Assembly (NCBI GenBank): GCA_965240325.2
Contig: OZ251242.1
Location: 1,116,001 to 1,180,000 of the forward strand
Length of the DNA stretch: 64,000 nucleotides
Direction: 5' to 3'
Origin: Rebecca billardiae RCC1528
Lineage: Eukaryota > Protista > Haptophyta
The first letter of the stretch is position 1, and each line of letters opens with the position of its first letter. Below, in pieces: positions 51,611 to 62,311 of the stretch. Made by a program: the position numbers and the translations under genes. The notes beneath the pieces were generated by a model that saw nothing but the letters and a program-made list of their open reading frames with translations, searched no databases and was not told where the DNA came from.

Positions 51611-53546
51611 TAGCCTGGTCCAAACGCACTGGAGCACTTTCGGGGATTTTATCGCCAAATGAATGCGGGCCCCTAGGCGCGCGCTCACACCCGGAAACAG
51701 CGTAGCAAATGGGCCCAGCCCGGGCGGAGCAAAAGTTTCGGCCTAAAAATCGCATCCGCGGCCCGTCGTGAGCGTGCGCGCGCGCGCCGCGGACAACTAC
51801 GGACACATAGAGAATCGTCAGTCTGAATGTGGGTAAGTACTTAGCCGAAATGAGCCCAAACGCACGAACTTACTTATTGGCGTACGTCGAGGCGAGCATG
51901 AACCTTGGTACAGGCCATTAGGATGGGCTGTGGTCTGTGCGCAAGTGGCCGTACTCAACTACTGCAAGATCGACTATATTACCCATTTGTACCCGCATAG
52001 TATGGACAATGTACCCGCATAAATATGCGTTCTGAGTCTGTATAATTAAATGCCACTATGTCGTTACATATTCGCCATAGGTGGGTAGCTGTCCCAGGCT
52101 GCACGATTAGTGCGGCGCTCGGGGTGCAGTGGTCGGACGAGGCTCCGCCTGGCCTTCCGCGCACTCCTGCAGACAAGAAGAGGGCCGGGCTCCCACCCGG
52201 CCAGGCGTGCGGCAGTCGGTCAGGTGCTGGACCTGGTCTGGAGACCATCTCCTGCGTGGCGACTGGCCGATCTGCGGCACAACGCGCGCCGCCGTGAGCC
52301 ACACGGCAGGTTCGCAACGGATCCGGATCGCGTGTCCATGGCGGCGTGCATCGAGTCATTCAAGCTGTCAAGTCGCGTGCCACGCCCGCCCTTTCACTTG
52401 GGGCATCCGTACTGCCTACAACGACGACATGTGCGTCCTTAGACGAGGCATAATCGCGGTTCTAGCTGCTCGTCCAAGGGTCAGATCGCACGTCCTTGCT
52501 CGCCCGACAGCCTCAACGGCGGACTGATGTGATCCGCGGGTGACGATGCGACCGCTTCGAGTGCGCCTACGGCCACCACCGGGGTGGGGATCGTTCATGG
52601 GCACCCTCCGCGTGCCATGACATGCTCTGGCCGTGCGTGGTGACTTGACCCACCGCAAAAAACGGGGAAGACACCCGAGCACGTGCTTCCGAGCCACCCG
52701 AATGGCACAATGTGCCACCCATGGACACCAAACACGTGCCAAAGCGCGAGCCTTGCGTGCTGGAGTAGCCGCACGACACCAAGGAAGACGTATGAGCGCT
52801 CTCAACCATCTTCAAGCGACGACTCCGTCGACTCTGCCTCGCGGACCGCGGTACGATCCTCGACCTTGTGCTCGCAGCAAAGGCCACGACGGTAAAGCAG
52901 CACCCAGGGGATGGGAGTCAGCCGGCAGCCACTACAATGTAACTGTACATACCCAGCCCCGCAAGGCGAGCCGTCCTGATCGCCCCCAGCCCGTCATACA
53001 GCTCCACGAGAAGCACAAATCGACTGCCGCCGCCTTGGGCGACCCATGCGCAAACGTGACGGGACTGGCCGGATGAAGCGTTGGCGATGCGCAGCGCGCC
53101 CAACGCTGGTGGTGGCATCGAGTACATGCTAGGGGTAGGCGGTGCCCCATGCGAGCCGTCGCGTGCCGCGCATATTCCCGGAGGTGCCCCTTCTCGAAGG
53201 CGCAGCGCAACCCAGCAGCTGAGCGTTCGACGCGCGCCGTCGGGCGAGAAGTCGACCTGGCGACGGACCGCGGGCGGCGGAAGCAACGCAGACATGTCGC
53301 TCAAGGTGTGCACGCACACCGCCGGGGCACCCGAACGATGTGTCCAGCACTACACCTGACATGAGGCGGCGCAGTCGTCCAGTCGAGGCTCTCGAGCCCC
53401 TTCCGACCTTCGTCGCGGCGAGCCGTCGGACGGCCGGTGGCGATTTTTGACGAGCGCGACGAGCGACGAGAAAAATCGGGAGAAATGAGGCGCCCAAAAT
53501 CCGAAAAAGGCTTTTTCAGTGGCGAAAATCGGGATGGACCAGGCTA
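51611..53546. mobile_element. Non-autonomous DNA transposon (1.94 kb), superfamily uncertain
   Basis: 12-bp TIRs TAGCCTGGTCCA / TGGACCAGGCTA; TSD TTCACAT (51604-51610 and 53547-53553); interrupts one copy of a local direct repeat. Confidence 0.85.
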
Positions 53547-54439
53547 TTCACATATTCAGACGCGCCGTCAGCGTCCGCGTACGCGGTTTTATCGCGCGGG
53601 AACCGCTGCACTGACGGGTCTGACGCCGGGCACTGCTACTGTGGAGTATGAAATCTTAATGCGAGAGTATATCGTCAGCGCTGACATCAGCATATTGAGG
53701 TGTGCGTACACATATTCAGACGTGGCGCACTCGCATCAGTGATCAGACGTCATCAGCGCCCAGCGGCCAGCATCCGATCAGGTTGACCCTGTCGTCTCAG
53801 TCGTACTGCATGCCGGTCTCAAGCGCAAGGATCGCTCCCGTCTGTGCCTCGGCCGCCCACGGCGCGTACAGTTTGGTGCGCAGGCAGTCGACCTCCTCCG
53901 GTGCGAAGGTGCGCTGGCTGTGGCGGTCGCCCAGGCACATCATGCCCGCGTGGATGAGACGCCTGCGATGGCGTGCGGCACGCTGCCGGGGTGGCTCGAG
54001 CTGCCCGCTGGCTCGGCAGCTGCTGTGTCAGCAGTCACGGAAGAGGTCGCGTCAGCGTGCGGGCAGCTGCCTGCCGCGCTAGGCGCGACATCGTGCTGCT
54101 CGTGCGTGTCGAGACTCGCGTACACCTCCGTGGCGATCGCGGCGCCGCCATCGTCGCCAGCTGACTAGTTTCGTCGTAACGCAACGAGCTTCGCGCACAT
54201 TCATCGTCGTTATTCTCAAATTCCCGCCACATTTACTGCGCGCATCACGACGAAACCCAACCCCGCGTCGTCGGATCCACCGCGTGCCACCAATAATTTG
54301 GTGAACGAGGCGCGGCACTGCGCCCACGCATGCGTGCGTGCTGCTCGGCCCGGATGATGCTTGCTGTGCGTGCCCATGCGACGGACCTGTGTGCCATGCA
54401 CCGCGCTGGCATTGTTGCCACGTCCCACCGCACCGTCGC

Positions 54440-54780
54440 CGCTCGTGTTGCCACTGCTGGTGCTGCCTCTTCTGTCTCTGCCTCTTCTGTCTTCGTGCCA
54501 CCGCTCGACCCCTGCCATGCACGTGCGAGGCTGTTGCCCGTGTGAGAGAGGTGCTCGCCCGTGTGTTTGGGGCAGTTTCTGCTGTGCTTGCGAACCTGCT
54601 GGTCAGAACGCTCGTGTTGCCATTGCTCGTGCTGCCTCTTCTGTCTTCGTGTGCCGCTCGACCGCTGCCGAGCACATGCGACGCTGTGGCTCGTGTGAGA
54701 GAGGTGCTCACCTGTGTGTTTGGGGCAGTCTCTGCTGTGCTTGCCAACCTTTTTTTGCTTGCCAACCTGCTGCTCAGAAC
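54440..54780. repeat. Two-copy ~170-bp tandem duplication
   Basis: CGCTCGTGTTGCCA...GTGTGAGAGAGGTGCTC...TTTGGGGCAGT...AACCTGCTG starts at 54440 and 54609. Confidence 0.85.
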
Positions 54781-56087
54781 AGATCCGACGATGACGATTG
54801 CCTGTGCCGCCGTGTTAGCAAACTCCCAGGCCAGCCCACGACTGGCAGGCCTTGGGTCGGCTCTTCCTCCGCTGCGGGCACATCTCTTTCTCCATGGATA
54901 CCGGACTTTTTAAGTCCGGGCTCTATGGGGAGCTGAGCAATCTGCCGAGCGGAGCAAGAGCTGATATAAAAAACAGCGTTTATACCGCCGCCTGCATGTA
55001 ATAATGTTATTATACTCATACATACCACGTCGTTAATATATGATGCTGCCACGTCGTTAATATATCGACCTGGACGGAAGGCGCGGACGCATTCTATGTG
55101 TCTGTTGCACTCTGAGCCTGACGCTTGTCGGATGCTGCCACGTCGTTAATATATCGACGACGACGACGATATACTAAATTGATTAACATATACTTGTTTT
55201 AGAAGCGCGCAGACTAATCGTCTCATGACCCGTTGCAAGCGTGAGCGCCGAAAAAACGACACTTCTGCGGCCTAGAGTGACGATAGTCTTGCCGGCGGCG
55301 GCGGCGGCGGCGGGAGCGTGACAGTGCGTCTACCATCACATTCCGTTTAGCGCGCTACGCCGCGCGTGCCGGGTAGTGCCCCCGGCCCGCCGCAGCAGCA
55401 GTCGACAAGTAGTGAAGAGACGATGACCGCGGACGCAGCGCCGCAGTACAGCCTGCATCCACTTGCAGCGCGGCGCGCACTGTAGTTGCACTTGCAGCGC
55501 TCGCGCTCAGCGAGCATGGGCGTGCGCTCAGGCGTGTCAAGTGCTGTGTCGTCGGCGCGCTTCGCCTGTCACCTCGCGCACCCGTGCACGCAGCTTCATC
55601 GTCTTCATGAGGACTGCTCGGTGCTGCTGTCGCCATCCGACCCGAGTCCGCGGTCGCGCGGCGCGCGCGGTGGCAGCTGTGCACCGCAGAGTGTCACCGC
55701 TGCTGCTTCGCAGCAGTCGTCAGCAGTTGCGTCGTCATCCTCCTCGTCGTCGGCTTCCACTGCCGCAAGAACTCCTCATGAACATCAACTCCTCACACAA
55801 GCTCAGATCATCAGGTGACTGATTATGATGAAGATACCCCGATCATGTATTATTAGCGAAGGTCGACCGCGAACTGACGACCCCTTGCACGAATTCTGAA
55901 TAATACCTATAAGTGTAGTTAATTATCGCTCGCGAGGATCTCCGGCTTACTGCGATTGACGAACGAAGGTGCGCCTGGGACACCCCCCGTCGAGCGTGGC
56001 GTGCCACGCCAACAGGTCGGGCCGATCAGGGGCGCAAACATCCCGCCCCGGCCCATGGTGGCGCGGGGACGCTGCCGCGGCCAACGC

Positions 56088-59000
56088 ATGGCCATGCGGC
56101 GCGCCGTGCTCGCGCAGCTGCTGCTCGCCAGCCTCTCGCACGCTCACCTCGTCGTGACAGACGGCCCGCCGCAGTTCCGCGGCCTCGAGCTCGTCGCCGG
56201 GCCGATGCGCTTCACGCCGCCGAGCTTCGAGGTGCACGCGCCGCTGCTCGTGACCGGCGCGGACGAGTGGCGGTATGACCAGTGCCCGCCGCGCTACGTG
56301 GGCACGCGCGAGCTGCGCGGCGTGCTCGTCGTGCACTGCACGCCTCGGTTTGAGCTGTGCAGCTACGAGCAGCACGCGCGTGGCGTCGGCGCGCTCGGCG
56401 CGCTCAGCTGGGCCGCGTTCAACTTCCACGCGGCCGAGGGGCTCGGGCGCAAGCCAGGCGGCATCCGTTACTGGAGCAAGGCTGGCGACACGCTCGCCCT
56501 CGCGTGGCCACCCGCCGTCGACCTCAACCAGCCCGCTGCCGTGCCGCTGATGGCGCACCTGCGCGACAGCCGCGACGCAGTCGTCACCGCGCGCCTCACG
56601 CCGTCGCGCACGCCGTGGGACAGGATGTGGGAGCACCCGGTGACGCTCGGTCTGGTCGTGCTCGTCGGCACGCAGAGCCTGTGCAACGTCGCCTTCGCCA
56701 CCCGCGTCCTCGCGCGCCTCGTGCGCGACGCGGGCGGCCCGCGGCTGGACGTGGCGCAGGCAATCGTCTGGATCGAGCTTGTCGCCAACGGCGTGCGCGT
56801 GGCCTCGCTGCTCAACCCGTTCTTCCTGCACGTGTGGTACTCGTTCGACACGGCGATGCGGCTGCAGCTGCTGCCCATCGTGCTGAGCACGGCCGCGAGC
56901 CTGCTCTTCCTCGTCTTCGTCGCGCAGGCCGCCGCGAACGCGGGGCTCACCTCGCTGCGCGTCACGCGGCCCGCGTACCTCCGCGGGCTGGTCGCGACCG
57001 CGATCGCGTTCGCGGCACTGCTCGGCGTCGCGGACGCGGTGCGAGTGATGGGGGGCGGGCGCGTGACGGTGAACCCGGTATTCATCCACATGATCGCGCG
57101 CGTCATCCTCCCGCTCGTCGCGGTCGCGCTCGCGGTGCATGCGGACGCAATGATTCGGCGCTCGCTCGCGGACGCACCCGCCGTGCTGATGCGCGAGCTC
57201 ACGCGCCGCGTGCGCACGTCGCTGGTGCTCTCGCTGCTCGCGATCTGCGTGGGCGCGGTGTACCCGTGGATGTACGTGCGCCCGTGGGTGTGCGCGATCG
57301 GGCTCAGCACGTACCTCCTCCTCTCCAACGCCACCTCGTTTGTGCACATCGGCGCGTTTGGCGCGCTCGACGAGCGGCTCCAGGCGCGGCTCTCTCACGC
57401 GGCGGACTGGCTGCGGCCCCTCCTCTCGGCGGAGAGCCTGCGGAGGCTGAGCAAGCTGAGCGGTATGGCGCGGGACCGCTCGCCGCCGTCCATGCGCCAC
57501 ATCTCGAGCCGCAGCTCCGCGAGCTCGACCGGAGACGTGTTCGCCGCTGGGCCCAGCACCCTCGCGGACGGCGCCGGCGCTGCACCCTCGCGGGCTCGCT
57601 CGCCCGGGCACACGCCGCTGATGGCGACGCGCGCGTGGAATCGAGGCTCGGCGCGCGTGATCCCCACGCCTGAGCCGCCCGAGCCGCCCGCCGCTTTGGG
57701 GCCAGCGCCCACGCCCGACGGCGCGGCGGCCGCCGAGCCCGACGCCGGCAGCGCGGATTCCGACCCGCTGGGCGCGATGCAGCAGCACCTGCTCCTGGGC
57801 GTGCGGCTGCGGCTGCTCGAGGCCTTCTGCGAGCAGCACCAGATCGGCGAGGGCACCTCGTCGGCGGAGGTGGGCCGACTGATTGCGCGGCTCACGCGCG
57901 AGAGCGGGCACTCGCTCGCCGAGGCGAACGCCGCCGTGCGGCTCGACGACGGCACGGCCGCCGTCGGGCGCGCCAACCTCTTCGTCAGCCACGCGCAAGC
58001 GTGCTCGTTCACGCAGCTGCTCGCCGCGGTGCGGCACCACGCCGAGCTGAGCGGGCTGGACGAGTGCTCGCTCTTCCTGTGGCTCGACCTCGCGACGATC
58101 CGGCAGCACGACGTGCACGCGGGCATCCAGCACATCGGCGCGCTCATGCCGCGCATCGGCCGGATGGTCCTCGTCCTCGCGCCGTGGCACGAGCCGGTCT
58201 CCCTGCGCCGCATGTGGTGCCTCTACGAGGTCGTGCAGTGCCGGCTGCACCAGCAGATCGAGATGAAACTCGCGCTGCCGCCGTCGGAGCTGAGCGCCTT
58301 CTTCGACGCGCTCGACCGGGACGCGTCGCACGTGCGCAAGACGCTGTCCACCTTCGACTGCCGCACGGCCGAGGCGAGCCTCGCGGAAGACAGGCAGCGC
58401 ATCTTCGCGCTGATCGCCACCACCTTTGCCGCGCCCGAGGACCGGCGCCCACACCGGCCCAACCTGCGGCAGAGCTGGGTGTCGATGACCGCCAACGCCG
58501 CGGACGCGCTGAACCAGCTCGCGCGCGGCGACGGCGGCGGCGGCGGCGAGCTGCCGCAGCTGCCGGTCGACGCGGCCGCGGTCGAGCGCGCGTGCGACGC
58601 GTTCAACCTCGAGGTTCGCGCCGCGCTGCTGCACGCACTCGCGGTTGCCAGCTGGCGCACGGGCGCGCGCCGGCCGCGCGCGGTCACCGGCAGTCTGCGA
58701 TCATCGCCGCACCCGGGCAAGCGCGGGGTGGGCGCCGCGCGGCTGACGGGGAGCGACGCCTCAGGGCGGCGCAGCGAGTACTCGGCCGGGGACGCGCCCG
58801 ACGAGCGGCAGCCAAGCCTCTCCGGCTCGCCCATGCCCGCGATCGCTCGGCCGCGCGATATCACTTCTAGCCCCAGCCCGACAATGTCGCGCATGGCTTG
58901 GCCAGCCTCGTCGCCGCTGCCGAGGCGCCCCCCGCGCGAGCGCCGCTCGGAGTGGTCAGGCTACTCGCCGTCCAATCTCCGCTGGAGACGGAGCGTGGCG

Positions 59001-59324
59001 GACGAGCCGACGGGCGGCGAGCAGGCCATGCCGTCGCACGGAGGCGCGAGCGAGGCGAGCGCCCGCGGGGATGAGCACGGCGGCGGCGGCGGCGGCGGCT
59101 CCAAGCGCACCTCGAGCAGCAACGACCTGCTCGCACCACCGCCGCACGCGGCGCTTGCGCCTGGCACGCCGACGATCACGATGGCGGGTGCCGGCTTCGC
59201 AGCCGTCGAGCTTCGCCCTCCTTTGTCGCCCTTCGTCGGCACGCCCTTTGGGGATGACGACGACGACGACGACGATGATGGTCGTGCAGCACGGCGCGAT
59301 GACGACGACGTACTACAGTACTGA
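56088..59324 (+). CDS. Signal peptide + extracellular (PA-like) domain + 7 TM + cytoplasmic TIR/HET-like domain
   Basis: MAMRRAVLAQLLLASLSHA signal; seven hydrophobic segments; LFVSHAQ...FLWLDLATIRQH...LVLAPW.EPVSLRRMWCLYE; disordered tail. Confidence 0.78.
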   Translation: MAMRRAVLAQLLLASLSHAHLVVTDGPPQFRGLELVAGPMRFTPPSFEVHAPLLVTGADEWRYDQCPPRYVGTRELRGVLVVHCTPRFELCSYEQHARGVGALGALSWAAFNFHAAEGLGRKPGGIRYWSKAGDTLALAWPPAVDLNQPAAVPLMAHLRDSRDAVVTARLTPSRTPWDRMWEHPVTLGLVVLVGTQSLCNVAFATRVLARLVRDAGGPRLDVAQAIVWIELVANGVRVASLLNPFFLHVWYSFDTAMRLQLLPIVLSTAASLLFLVFVAQAAANAGLTSLRVTRPAYLRGLVATAIAFAALLGVADAVRVMGGGRVTVNPVFIHMIARVILPLVAVALAVHADAMIRRSLADAPAVLMRELTRRVRTSLVLSLLAICVGAVYPWMYVRPWVCAIGLSTYLLLSNATSFVHIGAFGALDERLQARLSHAADWLRPLLSAESLRRLSKLSGMARDRSPPSMRHISSRSSASSTGDVFAAGPSTLADGAGAAPSRARSPGHTPLMATRAWNRGSARVIPTPEPPEPPAALGPAPTPDGAAAAEPDAGSADSDPLGAMQQHLLLGVRLRLLEAFCEQHQIGEGTSSAEVGRLIARLTRESGHSLAEANAAVRLDDGTAAVGRANLFVSHAQACSFTQLLAAVRHHAELSGLDECSLFLWLDLATIRQHDVHAGIQHIGALMPRIGRMVLVLAPWHEPVSLRRMWCLYEVVQCRLHQQIEMKLALPPSELSAFFDALDRDASHVRKTLSTFDCRTAEASLAEDRQRIFALIATTFAAPEDRRPHRPNLRQSWVSMTANAADALNQLARGDGGGGGELPQLPVDAAAVERACDAFNLEVRAALLHALAVASWRTGARRPRAVTGSLRSSPHPGKRGVGAARLTGSDASGRRSEYSAGDAPDERQPSLSGSPMPAIARPRDITSSPSPTMSRMAWPASSPLPRRPPRERRSEWSGYSPSNLRWRRSVADEPTGGEQAMPSHGGASEASARGDEHGGGGGGGSKRTSSSNDLLAPPPHAALAPGTPTITMAGAGFAAVELRPPLSPFVGTPFGDDDDDDDDDGRAARRDDDDVLQY

Positions 59325-60178
59325 ACGATGACTGACAGTGACGCCAACAACCGCCGCCGCCGCATCATCACCGGCGCGCGCGCTCGGATGGCGTGCAGCT
59401 GCATCATCGGCGTCGTCATCGCGCGTAGCTGTCATATCCACATCAGCAGCTGCCAGGCCGGACGATCGCGCGGTCGTCCGGTCGGTCGATCGTCATCGCG
59501 CCATCGGAGCGTCGCGAGTGTCATCGTAATCGTCGTCGTCGAGTATAGTCTAGTCCGGTGATCGATATGATGCGCCGCCGCCTCGATGCGTTAATTCCGA
59601 TCACGACTACGACTCATCAGCACTAAGACTAGCAGTGATGAGTAGTGCTTGTCATCAGCACCGTCCGATACATCAGACCGCCGCGTATAGTACGTAGCGC
59701 AGTCGATCGCGTCGATCAGCATGCACGCGTCAGTTATACAGCAGTAGTATATATATTGTCGCATCGTCGTCGTCGTCACGACTCATCAGCAGTCGATCGA
59801 CGAGTTACTATATATATATAGTTATATAGTCGTAGCAGACGACGACGAGTCCGGTATAGCAGACGACGATATAGCTATACTGCTGCTGACGAGTGTCGTA
59901 GTAGTATTACTAGTACTAGTATGCTCGGGCAGCAGACGACGACGACGGCACGCGAGTGCTGATGATCGCGCGACGCCGAGTAGTTGCAGTAGATATTGCA
60001 TCCACATCACGCAGCCTGACGGCGCCACTGCCGCGCGGAGCAGCGGCGGCGCCTGTCGCCTGATGGTGGCTCGGAGCGCCGCAGCAGTCGACGCGCTGGC
60101 GGATGGCCGGGCGGTGCGTGCCGCACGCGCTGCCGGCGCGTCGTGGCGCAGCCGCCGCTCGCTCAGTGGCCAGACGAC

Positions 60179-62280
60179 TCAGTCCGCCTTCTCCTTGCTG
60201 AGCGCGCGCTCGAGCGTGCCGGTCACCTGCAGCAGCGTCTCGGGCGAGCGCATCAGCGTGACCACCTCGTTCCACAGCTGGTGCTCGCGCGCGAGCTCGC
60301 CCTCGGCGCGCGCGAGGTACACGCCGTCGCACAGCTCGCGCACGGTCGAGGTGTCGGCCATCTCCTCGTACACGACGCGCTGGCCCGAGCCGCCGAGCGC
60401 GCCGCGGAGGAAGCGGCCGATGGTGAGGACGACCGCGACGTAGAAGGCGACGATGCCGCCGGTGAAGAAGGACGCGCCGGCGGTCGAGGCGATCCGGTCG
60501 CACACGGCGATGAACTGCATGCCGTCGTCCGCGGAGGGCGAGGCGCCGCACGCGGCGAGCGTCGGGTCCGGGCCCGTCTGGTTGGCGAGCCACCACGCCA
60601 CGCCGCCGCCGCTCGCGCCGCCGCGTCCCTCGCGCACGCGCGAGATCGTGACGTTCTGATACGTGTGCCAGCGCGCGTAGTCCGCGCCGAGCCAGAAGGG
60701 CTGCGCGGTGGTCGCGGACGGCAGGCGCAGGAACTTGGGCGCGATCGCGTCGACCGAGAGCGTCGCGCGCGCCGAGTCAGCGTCGGCGAGCAGCTCGAGC
60801 AGCCGCGCGCGCAGCTCCGAGCCCCACGGCAGCTCGACGTCGGCGGGCGGCACGCTCACCGTGCGCATCGTCGCCGGCTGGTCGCGCGTGACCGTCAGCG
60901 TCGTGCGCAGCCACACCTGCGCCGCCGCGCGTGGGCGGTCGGGCGGCCGGTCGGTTGTGCGGCGGGTGCGCCGCGTGCTGCGCGCGGCGCGGGCTGCGAG
61001 CGCGCGCACCCGCTCCTGCGTGTTGTTGAGATCGCGCAGCAGCATGCGCAGCGAGGGCGGCGAGATGGTCCACTCCTCGGCGCTGAACGGCGGGAAGACG
61101 AGCCGCTGGTAGTCCGCCGACCAATCAGCGCGCAGGTACGCGTACCCGCACGAGCGGCCCTCGTACAGGCAGCGGCGCACGTCGAAGTCTGTCTCAAACG
61201 GCGACGAGGCCGCGTCGAGCTGCGCCCACTCGAAGCGCGAGGTGCGGAGCAGCGCGAACTCGCCGCCCGACTGCAGCCCTTCGGTGGTGAGCCCCGCCGT
61301 GCGGATGCCCACCGCGAGGGTCGCGCCCCTCACCAGGTTGGTCGCGGCGATCGGGTTCGCCGCCGAGAAGAGCAGCAGCGGCCCGAGGAGACACAGCAGC
61401 AGCGCGACCACGAGCGTGGCGCCCACGAGAAGCTTCTGGTGCAGCGGCTGGCGCTCGCCCGCTGCCGTCCACGCGCGCGCCTCCTGCATGCACTGCGTGA
61501 GGTAGAGCGACGCGTACATGTCCTGTGACGCGCGGCGGTCGCGGCGCGCGCGCACGCGGCGGCGCGGTAAGCATCGGCGGCGCGGCGCGCGGCGCGTCGT
61601 CGGCCGCGCCGGAGCCGTGCGCGGCGCAGGCCAGCTCCGCGCCGCCTCGCGCCCGGCCCAGCCCTCGCCTCGCCCCCGCTCCCCGCCCAGCGCGGCCGCG
61701 CACAGCGCCGCGCGCGCCGCGCCCGCCGCCTCGGCGCACCTCGAACTTGAGCCACTGGAAGAGGTCGAGCGAGGTGGCCATCACCGTCCAGTCGAGCAGC
61801 GCCTGCACCTCAAACAGAAACGGCGTCGCGAGGAAGGCTCGGAACGCGAGCTTGTTCGCCAGCCGCGTCGACTGCAGCAGCCTGTTCTCCTGCACGAGCA
61901 GCGGGAAAGAGTCGCGCAGCTGCACGGCGGAGAGCCAGAAGTACACGCAGAGCAGCGCGTAGAAGACGATCAGCACGTAGTTGCGCTCGCACGTGAGCTG
62001 CCCCGCGGCGGACGCGCCGAGCGCGTACGCGCCCGCCGCGTCAAAATCGACCGCGCCGGCCGCGCCGGCCGCCGCCGCGCCCGGCGCGCCCGCAGTCCGC
62101 CCCGCGGGCACGCCCGCCACCTCGGAGAGCACGTCCTTGCACGTCCACGGCTTCCAGTGGAAGAAGACGACGCCGTGCCCGAGCGCGACCGTCACCACGT
62201 GCAGCAGCAGCTTGGAGGGCAGCGCGAGGCCTCCGAAGAAGAGTCGCTCCCCTCCGCACTCGGACGCGCGCTCGCGCCGC

Positions 62281-62311
<31 letters not shown>

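Larger units (their letters stand above)
49229..55147 (+). repeat. ~70-bp direct repeats (49229-49301 and 55079-55147) bracketing a gene-poor block
   Basis: AGGCGCGGACGCATTCTATGTGTCTG..TTGCACTCTGAGCCTGACGCTTG..TGCTGCCACGTCGTT occurs twice. Confidence 0.85.
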
